From NCBI RefSeq assembly GCF_000002075.1, contig NW_004797392.1, positions 1,236,306 to 1,300,305 of the forward strand: a DNA stretch of 64,000 nt. The letters are read 5' to 3'. How positions within the stretch are numbered: the first letter of the stretch is position 1; every line of letters starts with the position of its first letter. The position numbers and the translations under genes were made by a program. Shown here in pieces: positions 61,101 through 64,000 of the stretch. Source of the DNA: Aplysia californica. Its lineage: Eukaryota. Under the pieces are notes generated by a model. The model did not search any database. It was not told where the DNA came from and saw nothing but the letters and a program-made list of their open reading frames with translations.

Positions 61101-63661
61101 TCATCTCAGGGTTGCTCTAAAATGTCTCAATTTTGTCAGTTCCTGCTCTGAGAAGAATTTTTCAGACTAAATTTTTTAAATTTTGTTCCATCTTTCTGTT
61201 TGTAAGAGGACTTTGCCATGTATATGCCAGCAGGTGTGTGTGTGTGTATGTGTGTGTGTCTGCAAATGTATTAATGTAGGTATACATCTTGTGATTATTC
61301 TATTCCACCCTCCCCAGGTCGTGAATGGTCCGACTGGTTCCAAGAGCTGCGTATCCCCGGTGACGAGCTCCGCTGGAAGTTCACAAGTGACGGCTCTGTC
61401 AACGGCTGGGGCTGGCAGTTCACAGTGTACCCCGTCATGCCGGCCGCCGCTCCGCTGGACTCCCTGAGTGACCGCACCATTCTGTCCAGACCATCCATCG
61501 ACCTGGTTACTTGCCTCCTGGACTTCAAGCTGGAGGTTTCTCTGGACCGAAGCATCGTGCCACGTCTGGCTGCAGCCCTCGCTGCTTGTGCTCAGCTCAG
61601 CTGTCTCGGTTAGTGGACTCGGACAAACCAAAGTGTTTAGCTTACTTCAGAACTGCTATGATCCTTGTTTTGTGCTTGAGCATTTTATTTTAACACACGG
61701 TATATCCAGTTTTGTAAATTGTTCAAGAGAGAAAAAAAAAACCCACATCTTTGCCTCTCAACAGCCAGTTGATTTGAATATCTTCAAAACATTTTCCTTG
61801 CATTTTTTAATTAAGATATCAATACCAGACTTAAGGCAGAAATGTGGTCCATATTTTAACCTATCAGGTGGAATCAGTAACTCAAGTCTTACCCAAAACT
61901 TGATATGCTGTCTTTTAAAATAAAACTCTAGATATATAGATAAAATCTGATGCAAAATTGGAGATGGACATCAGAGTAGGAGCTGCTTTGTTATACTCCC
62001 ATATTTCTATCCATAACAGACATGACTTATGAAATTAAGTAAAACTTTTTGTAATCATTCAGTTTTGTCATTCATGTATTAATACGAATTGGTAAGATGT
62101 GAGACAACAATCAATTTTTCTTGTGTTAGCATCTGAGAATTAATATATTCTTCTTCTCCAACAGTTGCCTATTTACAAACTGAGTTGTTTGGGTTTTTTA
62201 AAAATCCTACTCATCATGTAAGGTCATATTCACCATTTTTATGGTATATTGTCAAGCTATGCAAAATTGCTTTTTAGCTCCGAAATTTCACCTGTCAGTT
62301 GATTTTGAAATTGCCTTTAGCAATAGAAATTTCTTGTTGTAGATCCAATTAAAGATTAGGAACATGTTCAAAATAATGATATACATGTGCTTTTTTTTTT
62401 TACTGGAAAGAGAAATAATTCTGGCGCTGAGAAGTTAGTCTTGGTCCTACAAAAGTGTGTTTTCTAGTTTGCCCACGAGTTAATTTTGTGTTTTTTCCCC
62501 CACCCCGACCGACCAAACCCAGGAGCCAATCAGAGGATGTGGGCTCTTCACAAACTGCGCAAGATTCTGGCCACCAGCTACAGTAACCTGATCAACATCA
62601 ACGCCCTGCTGTCCAGTCCCACCACTGAGAGCCCAGAGCAAGAGGTGCCCAGGCCTTTCCACATGGTGAGAAGAGCTTGATCGGTTTAGTTTAGTTTTAA
62701 TATGTGTCTTACGGCGTTTGGAACACAATTTATTAGGTTATATAAGTGCCAAAGATAGGTGGTACAAGAGAGTAAAATACAAACTAAAAAAGGAGAGATA
62801 ATGGCTATTGATGTTTGACAGGGATGAATGAACTAACCACACCAGAACGCCTACCAACCACCCACAAGCTTAAATTTACTGATTTGTCTGAAGCCATTTA
62901 CTCGTACTGTACTGGTAGGCCCTTCTTCTTTTCTTTTCCTCTGTTGTTTCTGCCTCTCTTTCTTTTTCCATCCCTTGTTGGCTCCTACTATGTTAATGTG
63001 CTTCTCTTTGCTTTAAGTAAGCTAGTGCAGTGATAACTGCTGGAAGTCTACAGCTCAGTGATAAAAAAAACCTAGTGGTTTTGAATCTACTAAAAAAATG
63101 ATACAGAAATTGCAGGTTTTATATCATAGATATTAACTGAGACAGTGTTCTTGTTACAGTTGTTTTTTTTTTACATATCTGGAAGTATTGTCATTAAGTT
63201 ATGTACATGCTTAAAAGTTCTACATTTTTTTGCTTAATTTCTTTTTTTTTAAATGTTGGAAATGATTTAAATAACTGTTTCCTTTTTTGTTGAAGTAGAA
63301 GATCTATTATGTACATATGAGGGTCATAAAACCCTGTCATTGAGTTAGAAAAAAACAACTTTTATTGGAAAGAAAATGTCAAAGTTGACTTAAGCTATTC
63401 AAGCCAATGATTTTTCACTTATTTCTTCATTTTTAATTTATGAAAAGAACATTCCATAAATTATGTTACAGTAATTTTGTGAAAGGTTTTTGAATGTGTT
63501 TATTTAACAAGTGTTTTATTTGATTGATAACTCAGACCATGAGTGGCTCAGCCCTGACCACCCTGGTCAAAGGCCTACCCGAGGCCCTGCAGAGACAGTA
63601 TGAGTACGAGGACTCCATCGTGCGCAGCGGCAAACATCTCATGCACAGCCCATTCTTCAAG
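996..63661 (+). CDS. HERC2: E3 ubiquitin ligase HERC2, internal portion (65 exons; gene extends beyond both window ends)
   Basis: Phase-compatible GT-AG exons give one ~3,975-codon frame with HERC2 motifs in HERC2 order ([25 protein letters not shown]; RCC1 repeats; [19 protein letters not shown]; [12 protein letters not shown]; CPH; ZZ; DOC; second RCC1 domain; [10 protein letters not shown]). Confidence 0.97.
1274..1590 (+). mobile_element. tRNA-derived SINE (family S1)
   Basis: Box A-like tagtctagtggtt and box B-like gagttca; core gtgtccttggaaaaggcactttac...gggaatggttaccc; second copy at ~23769-24150. Confidence 0.75.
1872..2091 (+). CDS. HERC2: HERC2 exon 2
   Basis: tag|...|gtaga; [16 protein letters not shown]. 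Confidence 0.88.
2222..2638. other. Assembly gap
   Basis: N run. Confidence 0.99.
3096..3237 (+). CDS. HERC2: HERC2 exon 3
   Basis: [36 protein letters not shown]; donor gtaagt. Confidence 0.93.
4224..4345 (+). CDS. HERC2: HERC2 exon 4
   Basis: [15 protein letters not shown]...VVERATKFL. Confidence 0.92.
5177..5309 (+). CDS. HERC2: HERC2 exon 5
   Basis: [28 protein letters not shown]. Confidence 0.9.
6140..6301 (+). CDS. HERC2: HERC2 exon 6
   Basis: AVLLLLNLW...[11 protein letters not shown]; donor gtaagt. Confidence 0.9.
6584..6682. other. Assembly gap after poly-G
   Basis: N run. Confidence 0.99.
7284..7466 (+). mobile_element. Family A, GGCGCTC-type tail, with TSD
   Basis: Flanking duplication taagtgtact at 7272 and 7467; ends 26 nt before exon 7. 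Confidence 0.9.
7493..7651 (+). CDS. HERC2: HERC2 exon 7
   Basis: [23 protein letters not shown]. Confidence 0.9.
7674..7986. mobile_element. TTAA-type MITE (degenerate)
   Basis: ttgacccttacagcccc ... ggggtttaagggttaa inverted ends. Confidence 0.5.
8093..9392 (+). mobile_element. Decayed Tc1/mariner-superfamily DNA transposon
   Basis: TA TSDs; ~30-bp TIRs cagggtgatccaaaaaaaactttacaact / agttgtaaagtttttttgggatcaccctg; frameshifted transposase remnant [16 protein letters not shown] at ~8796-8846. Confidence 0.9.
9620..9740 (+). mobile_element. Family A 3' fragment before exon 8
   Basis: tgttactctc..gtaacac...atgacctaattg..gcaagtgc..aaaactaaa. Confidence 0.7.
9769..9984 (+). CDS. HERC2: HERC2 exon 8 (start of RLD1)
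   Basis: [24 protein letters not shown]. Confidence 0.9.
10455..10700. repeat. Dispersed repeat family D (copy 1; copy 2 at ~13040-13290)
   Basis: Shared ctattgctcctg...gcagttactgtg...ctatagggcta...gtaaaatc...tgctggtggctgat. Confidence 0.75.
10863..11014 (+). CDS. HERC2: HERC2 exon 9 (RLD1)
   Basis: [33 protein letters not shown]. Confidence 0.93.
11050..11248 (+). repeat. 42-bp minisatellite (~4.5 units)
   Basis: Unit tggtttgctctttatgcttcattttgtttaggatgtgagtta. Confidence 0.9.
11325..11685 (+). mobile_element. Composite: family A + family B 3' part + duplicated tail
   Basis: A body to ~11465, B body (agacttttgtgctgttg..gctagagagg) to ~11640, second gcaagtgcc..actaaaa tail. Confidence 0.75.
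12082..12341 (+). CDS. HERC2: HERC2 exon 10 (RLD1)
   Basis: [17 protein letters not shown]...[12 protein letters not shown]. Confidence 0.94.
12719..12890 (+). CDS. HERC2: HERC2 exon 11 (RLD1)
   Basis: [23 protein letters not shown]. Confidence 0.94.
13326..13497 (-). mobile_element. Family A antisense copy
   Basis: Reverse complement of consensus (gtcatataagtgccgaagatt...gagagtaacaaac...tgtttgataggaaagaag). Confidence 0.85.
13529..13802 (+). CDS. HERC2: HERC2 exon 12 (RLD1)
   Basis: [11 protein letters not shown]...[13 protein letters not shown]. Confidence 0.94.
14195..14395 (+). CDS. HERC2: HERC2 exon 13
   Basis: [22 protein letters not shown]. Confidence 0.92.
14846..15021 (+). mobile_element. 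Family A with TSD next to exon 14 acceptor
   Basis: TSD aaaactgtatg at 14833 and 15024; AG at 15042-43. Confidence 0.9.
15044..15272 (+). CDS. HERC2: HERC2 exon 14
   Basis: [20 protein letters not shown]. Confidence 0.92.
15752..15891 (+). CDS. HERC2: HERC2 exon 15
   Basis: [21 protein letters not shown]. Confidence 0.92.
16580..16742 (+). mobile_element. Family A copy
   Basis: Consensus match. Confidence 0.8.
16914..17092 (+). CDS. HERC2: HERC2 exon 16
   Basis: [13 protein letters not shown]; phase matches neighbours. Confidence 0.88.
17475..17743 (+). CDS. HERC2: HERC2 exon 17 (3' end less certain)
   Basis: [15 protein letters not shown]; phase-1 donor acag|gtgat matches next acceptor. 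Confidence 0.78.
17763..17900 (+). repeat. (AAT/GAT/AAC)n microsatellite
   Basis: Direct reading. Confidence 0.9.
18209..18382 (+). mobile_element. Family A copy before exon 18
   Basis: Consensus match. Confidence 0.85.
18430..18585 (+). CDS. HERC2: HERC2 exon 18
   Basis: [17 protein letters not shown]. Confidence 0.9.
19626..19842. mobile_element. 217-bp MITE with 29-bp perfect inverted ends
   Basis: gctacctcagaattacaaagttctatctg / cagatagaactttgtaattctgaggtagc. Confidence 0.8.
19946..20131 (+). CDS. HERC2: HERC2 exon 19
   Basis: [20 protein letters not shown]. Confidence 0.92.
20160..20490 (+). repeat. 52-bp minisatellite (~6 units)
   Basis: Unit tttgtcaagtgctctccaccttatgtacctgatggtatagtgagagagtaag. 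Confidence 0.93.
20757..20939 (+). CDS. HERC2: HERC2 exon 20 (cytochrome b5-like)
   Basis: [26 protein letters not shown]. Confidence 0.94.
21313..21630 (+). mobile_element. Family B retroposon (~320 bp) with family A-type tail
   Basis: Homologous to 38830-39157 and 11465-11640; ends gctcatatgaccttatgcagttgtgagcgccgtaaaac. Confidence 0.85.
21689..21780 (+). CDS. HERC2: HERC2 exon 21 (cytochrome b5-like)
   Basis: [31 protein letters not shown]. Confidence 0.92.
22300..22407 (+). CDS. HERC2: HERC2 exon 22
   Basis: [17 protein letters not shown]. Confidence 0.9.
22830..22980 (+). CDS. HERC2: HERC2 exon 23
   Basis: [12 protein letters not shown]...FDEEKGE. Confidence 0.9.
23063..23236 (+). 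mobile_element. Family A copy after exon 23
   Basis: Consensus match. Confidence 0.82.
23769..24150 (+). mobile_element. tRNA-derived SINE (family S1), copy 2
   Basis: ttctagtggttagg...gggttcaaatccc boxes; homologous to 1274-1590; internal ~50-bp duplication. Confidence 0.8.
24175..24326 (+). CDS. HERC2: HERC2 exon 24
   Basis: [17 protein letters not shown]. Confidence 0.88.
24779..24873 (+). CDS. HERC2: HERC2 exon 25
   Basis: [12 protein letters not shown]. Confidence 0.9.
25563..26067 (+). mobile_element. Two family A copies (25563-25815 with variant tail; 25885-26067)
   Basis: Consensus match; second copy ends ~54 nt before exon 26. Confidence 0.85.
26121..26280 (+). CDS. HERC2: HERC2 exon 26
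   Basis: LLMAVLLKH...QTKRSLIK. Confidence 0.9.
27016..27525 (+). mobile_element. tRNA-headed SINE with Nin/Deu-like central domain and family A-type tail
   Basis: Box A tggtctagagg, box B ggttcgaatcc; ttaaagatccc...taagagtagg...ctggcaaaatt; tail gcgctcatatgaccttatgcagttgggagc; antisense fragment at ~33016-33113. Confidence 0.75.
27684..27879 (+). CDS. HERC2: HERC2 exon 27
   Basis: [22 protein letters not shown]. Confidence 0.92.
28321..28664 (+). CDS. HERC2: HERC2 exon 28 (acidic low-complexity)
   Basis: Open E/D-rich frame; phase-1 acceptor and phase-0 donor bridge exons 27 and 29. Confidence 0.85.
28755..28923. mobile_element. TTAA-flanked MITE
   Basis: ttaacactttccaccccc ... gggggcaaggtgttaa. 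Confidence 0.6.
29359..29535 (+). CDS. HERC2: HERC2 exon 29
   Basis: [20 protein letters not shown]. Confidence 0.9.
29582..29762 (+). mobile_element. Family A copy (tail interrupted by MITE)
   Basis: Consensus match. Confidence 0.85.
29763..30257. mobile_element. 495-bp MITE, P-superfamily-like
   Basis: ~30-bp TIRs caatgatagtacataacaagatggg(t/c)cact; 7-bp TSD ctgcaac at 29756 and 30258. Confidence 0.85.
30503..30688 (+). mobile_element. Family A with TSD next to exon 30 acceptor
   Basis: 11-bp TSD acttttttgat at 30492 and 30689; AG at 30709-10. Confidence 0.9.
30711..30847 (+). CDS. HERC2: HERC2 exon 30
   Basis: [16 protein letters not shown]. Confidence 0.9.
31762..31951 (+). CDS. HERC2: HERC2 exon 31
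   Basis: [28 protein letters not shown]. Confidence 0.9.
32587..32740 (+). CDS. HERC2: HERC2 exon 32
   Basis: [21 protein letters not shown]. Confidence 0.9.
33861..34036 (+). CDS. HERC2: HERC2 exon 33 (MIB/HERC2)
   Basis: [25 protein letters not shown]. Confidence 0.94.
34843..35097 (+). mobile_element. Family A with duplicated tail abutting exon 34 acceptor
   Basis: Two successive ggcac..atgacct..caagtgcc..taaaac hairpins. Confidence 0.88.
35113..35305 (+). CDS. HERC2: HERC2 exon 34 (MIB/HERC2)
   Basis: DGPPPSLG...[27 protein letters not shown]. Confidence 0.94.
36210..36460 (+). mobile_element. Family A with duplicated tail before exon 35
   Basis: Consensus match plus second tail hairpin. 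Confidence 0.85.
36528..36707 (+). CDS. HERC2: HERC2 exon 35
   Basis: [26 protein letters not shown]. Confidence 0.9.
37165..37355 (+). CDS. HERC2: HERC2 exon 36
   Basis: [15 protein letters not shown]...ALSSPRW. Confidence 0.9.
37646..37796 (+). CDS. HERC2: HERC2 exon 37
   Basis: [14 protein letters not shown]. Confidence 0.9.
37822..38030 (+). mobile_element. Degenerate tRNA-like SINE
   Basis: gtggtgtagg..gagttcggttc head; taaaac-type tail; loosely similar to 42969-43170. Confidence 0.5.
38478..39345 (+). mobile_element. Cluster: tail fragment, A (38587-38762), B (38830-39157), A (39158-39326)
   Basis: Last A copy inserted into the B tail with TSD aaaccttactaa at 39146 and 39327. Confidence 0.85.
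39368..39564 (+). CDS. HERC2: HERC2 exon 38
   Basis: [26 protein letters not shown]. Confidence 0.9.
39746..39922 (+). mobile_element. Family A with TSD next to exon 39 acceptor
   Basis: TSD caact(g/t)atctt at 39735 and 39923. Confidence 0.87.
39953..40165 (+). CDS. HERC2: HERC2 exon 39
   Basis: [17 protein letters not shown]. Confidence 0.9.
40727..40895 (+). CDS. HERC2: HERC2 exon 40
   Basis: [12 protein letters not shown]...WALL. Confidence 0.88.
40908..41230 (-). mobile_element. Family A antisense copy, split by a sense copy
   Basis: Reverse-complement tail at 40908-40986 resumes at 41166. Confidence 0.8.
40987..41165 (+). mobile_element. Family A reference copy (GGCGCTC tail)
   Basis: Perfect 10-bp TSD agaggtgtta at 40977 and 41166 defines ends GTGGGTGGTTGG...ACTAAAACTAAA. 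Confidence 0.93.
41254..41425 (+). mobile_element. Family A copy
   Basis: Consensus match. Confidence 0.8.
41777..42069 (+). CDS. HERC2: HERC2 exon 41
   Basis: [23 protein letters not shown]. Confidence 0.9.
42465..42789 (+). CDS. HERC2: HERC2 exon 42 (UBA-like)
   Basis: [23 protein letters not shown]. Confidence 0.9.
42969..43170 (+). mobile_element. tRNA-like SINE
   Basis: gtggtgtaatggttaag...gagtttgattccc box A/B-like head. Confidence 0.6.
43298..43473 (+). CDS. HERC2: HERC2 exon 43
   Basis: [13 protein letters not shown]. Confidence 0.9.
44019..44198 (+). CDS. HERC2: HERC2 exon 44 (CPH)
   Basis: [16 protein letters not shown]...[13 protein letters not shown]; AAG acceptor chosen by phase. 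Confidence 0.88.
44557..44674 (+). CDS. HERC2: HERC2 exon 45 (CPH)
   Basis: [28 protein letters not shown]. Confidence 0.93.
45304..45414 (+). CDS. HERC2: HERC2 exon 46 (SH3-like)
   Basis: [25 protein letters not shown]. Confidence 0.92.
45439..45685. mobile_element. TTAA-type (piggyBac-like) MITE
   Basis: tt(c/a)accctatc(c/t)gtacg inverted ends. Confidence 0.7.
46813..46921 (+). CDS. HERC2: HERC2 exon 47
   Basis: [24 protein letters not shown]. Confidence 0.92.
48071..48207 (+). CDS. HERC2: HERC2 exon 48 (ZZ zinc finger)
   Basis: CSGC...[17 protein letters not shown]...HKHPF. Confidence 0.94.
48873..49066 (+). CDS. HERC2: HERC2 exon 49 (DOC/APC10)
   Basis: VKNLTVSS...[10 protein letters not shown]. 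Confidence 0.92.
49669..49866 (+). CDS. HERC2: HERC2 exon 50 (DOC/APC10)
   Basis: [10 protein letters not shown]...[20 protein letters not shown]. Confidence 0.93.
50444..50749 (+). CDS. HERC2: HERC2 exon 51 (DOC end, RLD2 start)
   Basis: [16 protein letters not shown]...[14 protein letters not shown]. Confidence 0.93.
50774..51054 (+). repeat. (CTT)n / N-gap (50864-51030) / (CCT)n
   Basis: Direct reading. Confidence 0.95.
51250..51430. mobile_element. Tc1/mariner(pogo)-like MITE family E (relatives ~19250-19345, ~45690-45873, ~55232-55420)
   Basis: Recurrent ctgtccaagac..cacct.. motifs and tgtcaaa.ctg / tt(g/c)a.ctgt ends. Confidence 0.55.
51648..51729 (+). CDS. HERC2: HERC2 exon 52 (RLD2)
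   Basis: IKMP...[10 protein letters not shown]. Confidence 0.9.
52223..52457 (+). CDS. HERC2: HERC2 exon 53 (RLD2)
   Basis: [13 protein letters not shown]...[13 protein letters not shown]. Confidence 0.94.
52876..53053 (+). CDS. HERC2: HERC2 exon 54 (RLD2)
   Basis: [11 protein letters not shown]...[16 protein letters not shown]. Confidence 0.93.
53114..53295 (+). mobile_element. Family A copy with 13-bp TSD
   Basis: TSD caacatgatgatg at 53101 and 53296. Confidence 0.92.
54180..54433 (+). CDS. HERC2: HERC2 exon 55 (RLD2)
   Basis: [13 protein letters not shown]...[17 protein letters not shown]. Confidence 0.94.
54468..54918 (+). mobile_element. Two family A copies (54468-54590 partial; 54743-54918)
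   Basis: Consensus match. Confidence 0.82.
55001..55145 (+). CDS. HERC2: HERC2 exon 56 (RLD2)
   Basis: [11 protein letters not shown]...[11 protein letters not shown]. Confidence 0.94.
55928..56153 (+). CDS. HERC2: HERC2 exon 57 (RLD2 end)
   Basis: [20 protein letters not shown]. Confidence 0.94.
56544..56722 (+). mobile_element. Family A copy before exon 58
   Basis: Consensus match. Confidence 0.85.
56819..56993 (+). CDS. HERC2: HERC2 exon 58
   Basis: RPSLSKIIL...[10 protein letters not shown]. Confidence 0.9.
57344..57545 (+). CDS. HERC2: HERC2 exon 59
   Basis: RDAIVKAL...; donor gtaagt. Confidence 0.87.
57636..57818 (+). mobile_element. Family A copy after exon 59 (3' fragment also at ~57230-57312)
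   Basis: Consensus match. Confidence 0.8.
58638..58737 (+). repeat. Imperfect (CA)n
   Basis: Direct reading. Confidence 0.85.
58789..59067 (+). CDS. HERC2: HERC2 exon 60
   Basis: [14 protein letters not shown]. Confidence 0.9.
59185..59310. repeat. Dispersed repeat family F (also ~19410-19540, ~61740-61880)
   Basis: tcaacagccagt..tttgaatatcttcaaaaca..ttaagatat..ataccagact. Confidence 0.7.
59482..59635 (+). CDS. HERC2: HERC2 exon 61
   Basis: [14 protein letters not shown]...ESAHPYTDD. Confidence 0.93.
59995..60370. repeat. Dispersed repeat family C (also ~17170-17440, ~42280-42370, ~63858-64000)
   Basis: tgaaatcagg..ctcgtcaaaata..; cttttatgtccat; ggccat.ttcttg motifs. Confidence 0.6.
60405..60491 (+). 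mobile_element. Family A 3' half before exon 62
   Basis: cttgtaacacctctaatctttggcactt...cttactaaaac. Confidence 0.8.
60567..60674 (+). CDS. HERC2: HERC2 exon 62 (CUB-like)
   Basis: [26 protein letters not shown]. Confidence 0.93.
61318..61608 (+). CDS. HERC2: HERC2 exon 63
   Basis: REWSDW...[20 protein letters not shown]...[13 protein letters not shown]. Confidence 0.93.
62523..62665 (+). CDS. HERC2: HERC2 exon 64
   Basis: [13 protein letters not shown]. Confidence 0.88.
62684..62866 (-). mobile_element. Family A antisense copy with tail ~20 nt from exon 64 donor
   Basis: Reverse complement of full consensus, ending accaaccacccac. Confidence 0.87.
63536..63661 (+). CDS. HERC2: HERC2 exon 65
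   Basis: [17 protein letters not shown]...LMHSPFFK. Confidence 0.92.
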
Positions 63662-64000
63662 GTACATCTCTCAAACAGTATTTTGGTGGCAATTTTACGT
63701 AGAATTTTAAACATTTACCTGATAAGCTTTTGCTTGACTCTTCTTCTAGGCTTGATGTTCCAATTATATCGTATTCAACTTAATAGTTTCACTTTGTGAA
63801 AATCGCTTACCTAGTGTAAGACTGTCATTTATGATCACAGGGCATAATTTACCATCTGTGTCACGACGCAATGAAATCAGGCACTTGTCAATTTTTGGAC
63901 ATTACATTCAGAGTTTTTGGTATCATTTTAAAGGCTTTTTCATTTGCCTTGCTTTTGGTGGAAAAAATACCGAACTATCTGGAATAGAATTGGACATATT

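Noticed and set aside
996-63661. U12-type or GC-AG introns; intronic snoRNAs
   Set aside because: All 64 inferred introns fit GT-AG and none has a GTATCCT donor; I found no convincing C/D or H/ACA structure by eye (an Infernal scan would be needed to exclude one).
147-63799. Many short ORFs with recurring text such as [20 protein letters not shown] or LCCKCRKTL
   Set aside because: They are translations of non-coding family A copies; frames and stops are inconsistent between copies.

Overview
This is eukaryotic (animal) genomic DNA, probably a mollusc judging by repeat-tail motifs and GC-rich exons in AT-rich introns (inference only). The whole window lies inside one + strand gene, the giant E3 ubiquitin ligase HERC2. 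I traced 65 GT-AG exons (996..63661) whose phases join into one frame of about 11.9 kb (about 3,975 codons). Domain order: Cys-rich N-terminal motif, RCC1-like domain 1, cytochrome b5-like, MIB/HERC2, UBA-like, CPH, SH3-like, ZZ zinc finger, DOC/APC10, RCC1-like domain 2, CUB-like region. The start codon, RLD3 and HECT domain lie outside the window. Introns carry many mobile elements. The most striking is a ~175-bp retroposon ('family A', about 33 copies or fragments, about 29 sense vs 4 antisense). It has a fixed 5' end, no visible Pol III head, a co-varying 3' stem-loop and an (ACTAAA)n tail. Target-site duplications (TSDs) show it repeatedly inserted about 10-40 nt upstream of 3' splice sites, placing a TACTAA branch-point-like motif next to the acceptor. 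At least three element bodies share the same tail. Also present: tRNA-derived SINEs, a decayed Tc1/mariner, a P-like MITE, TTAA MITEs, tandem arrays that multiply splice-donor motifs, and three N-gaps. Coordinates were read by eye; repeat boundaries without TSDs are approximate.
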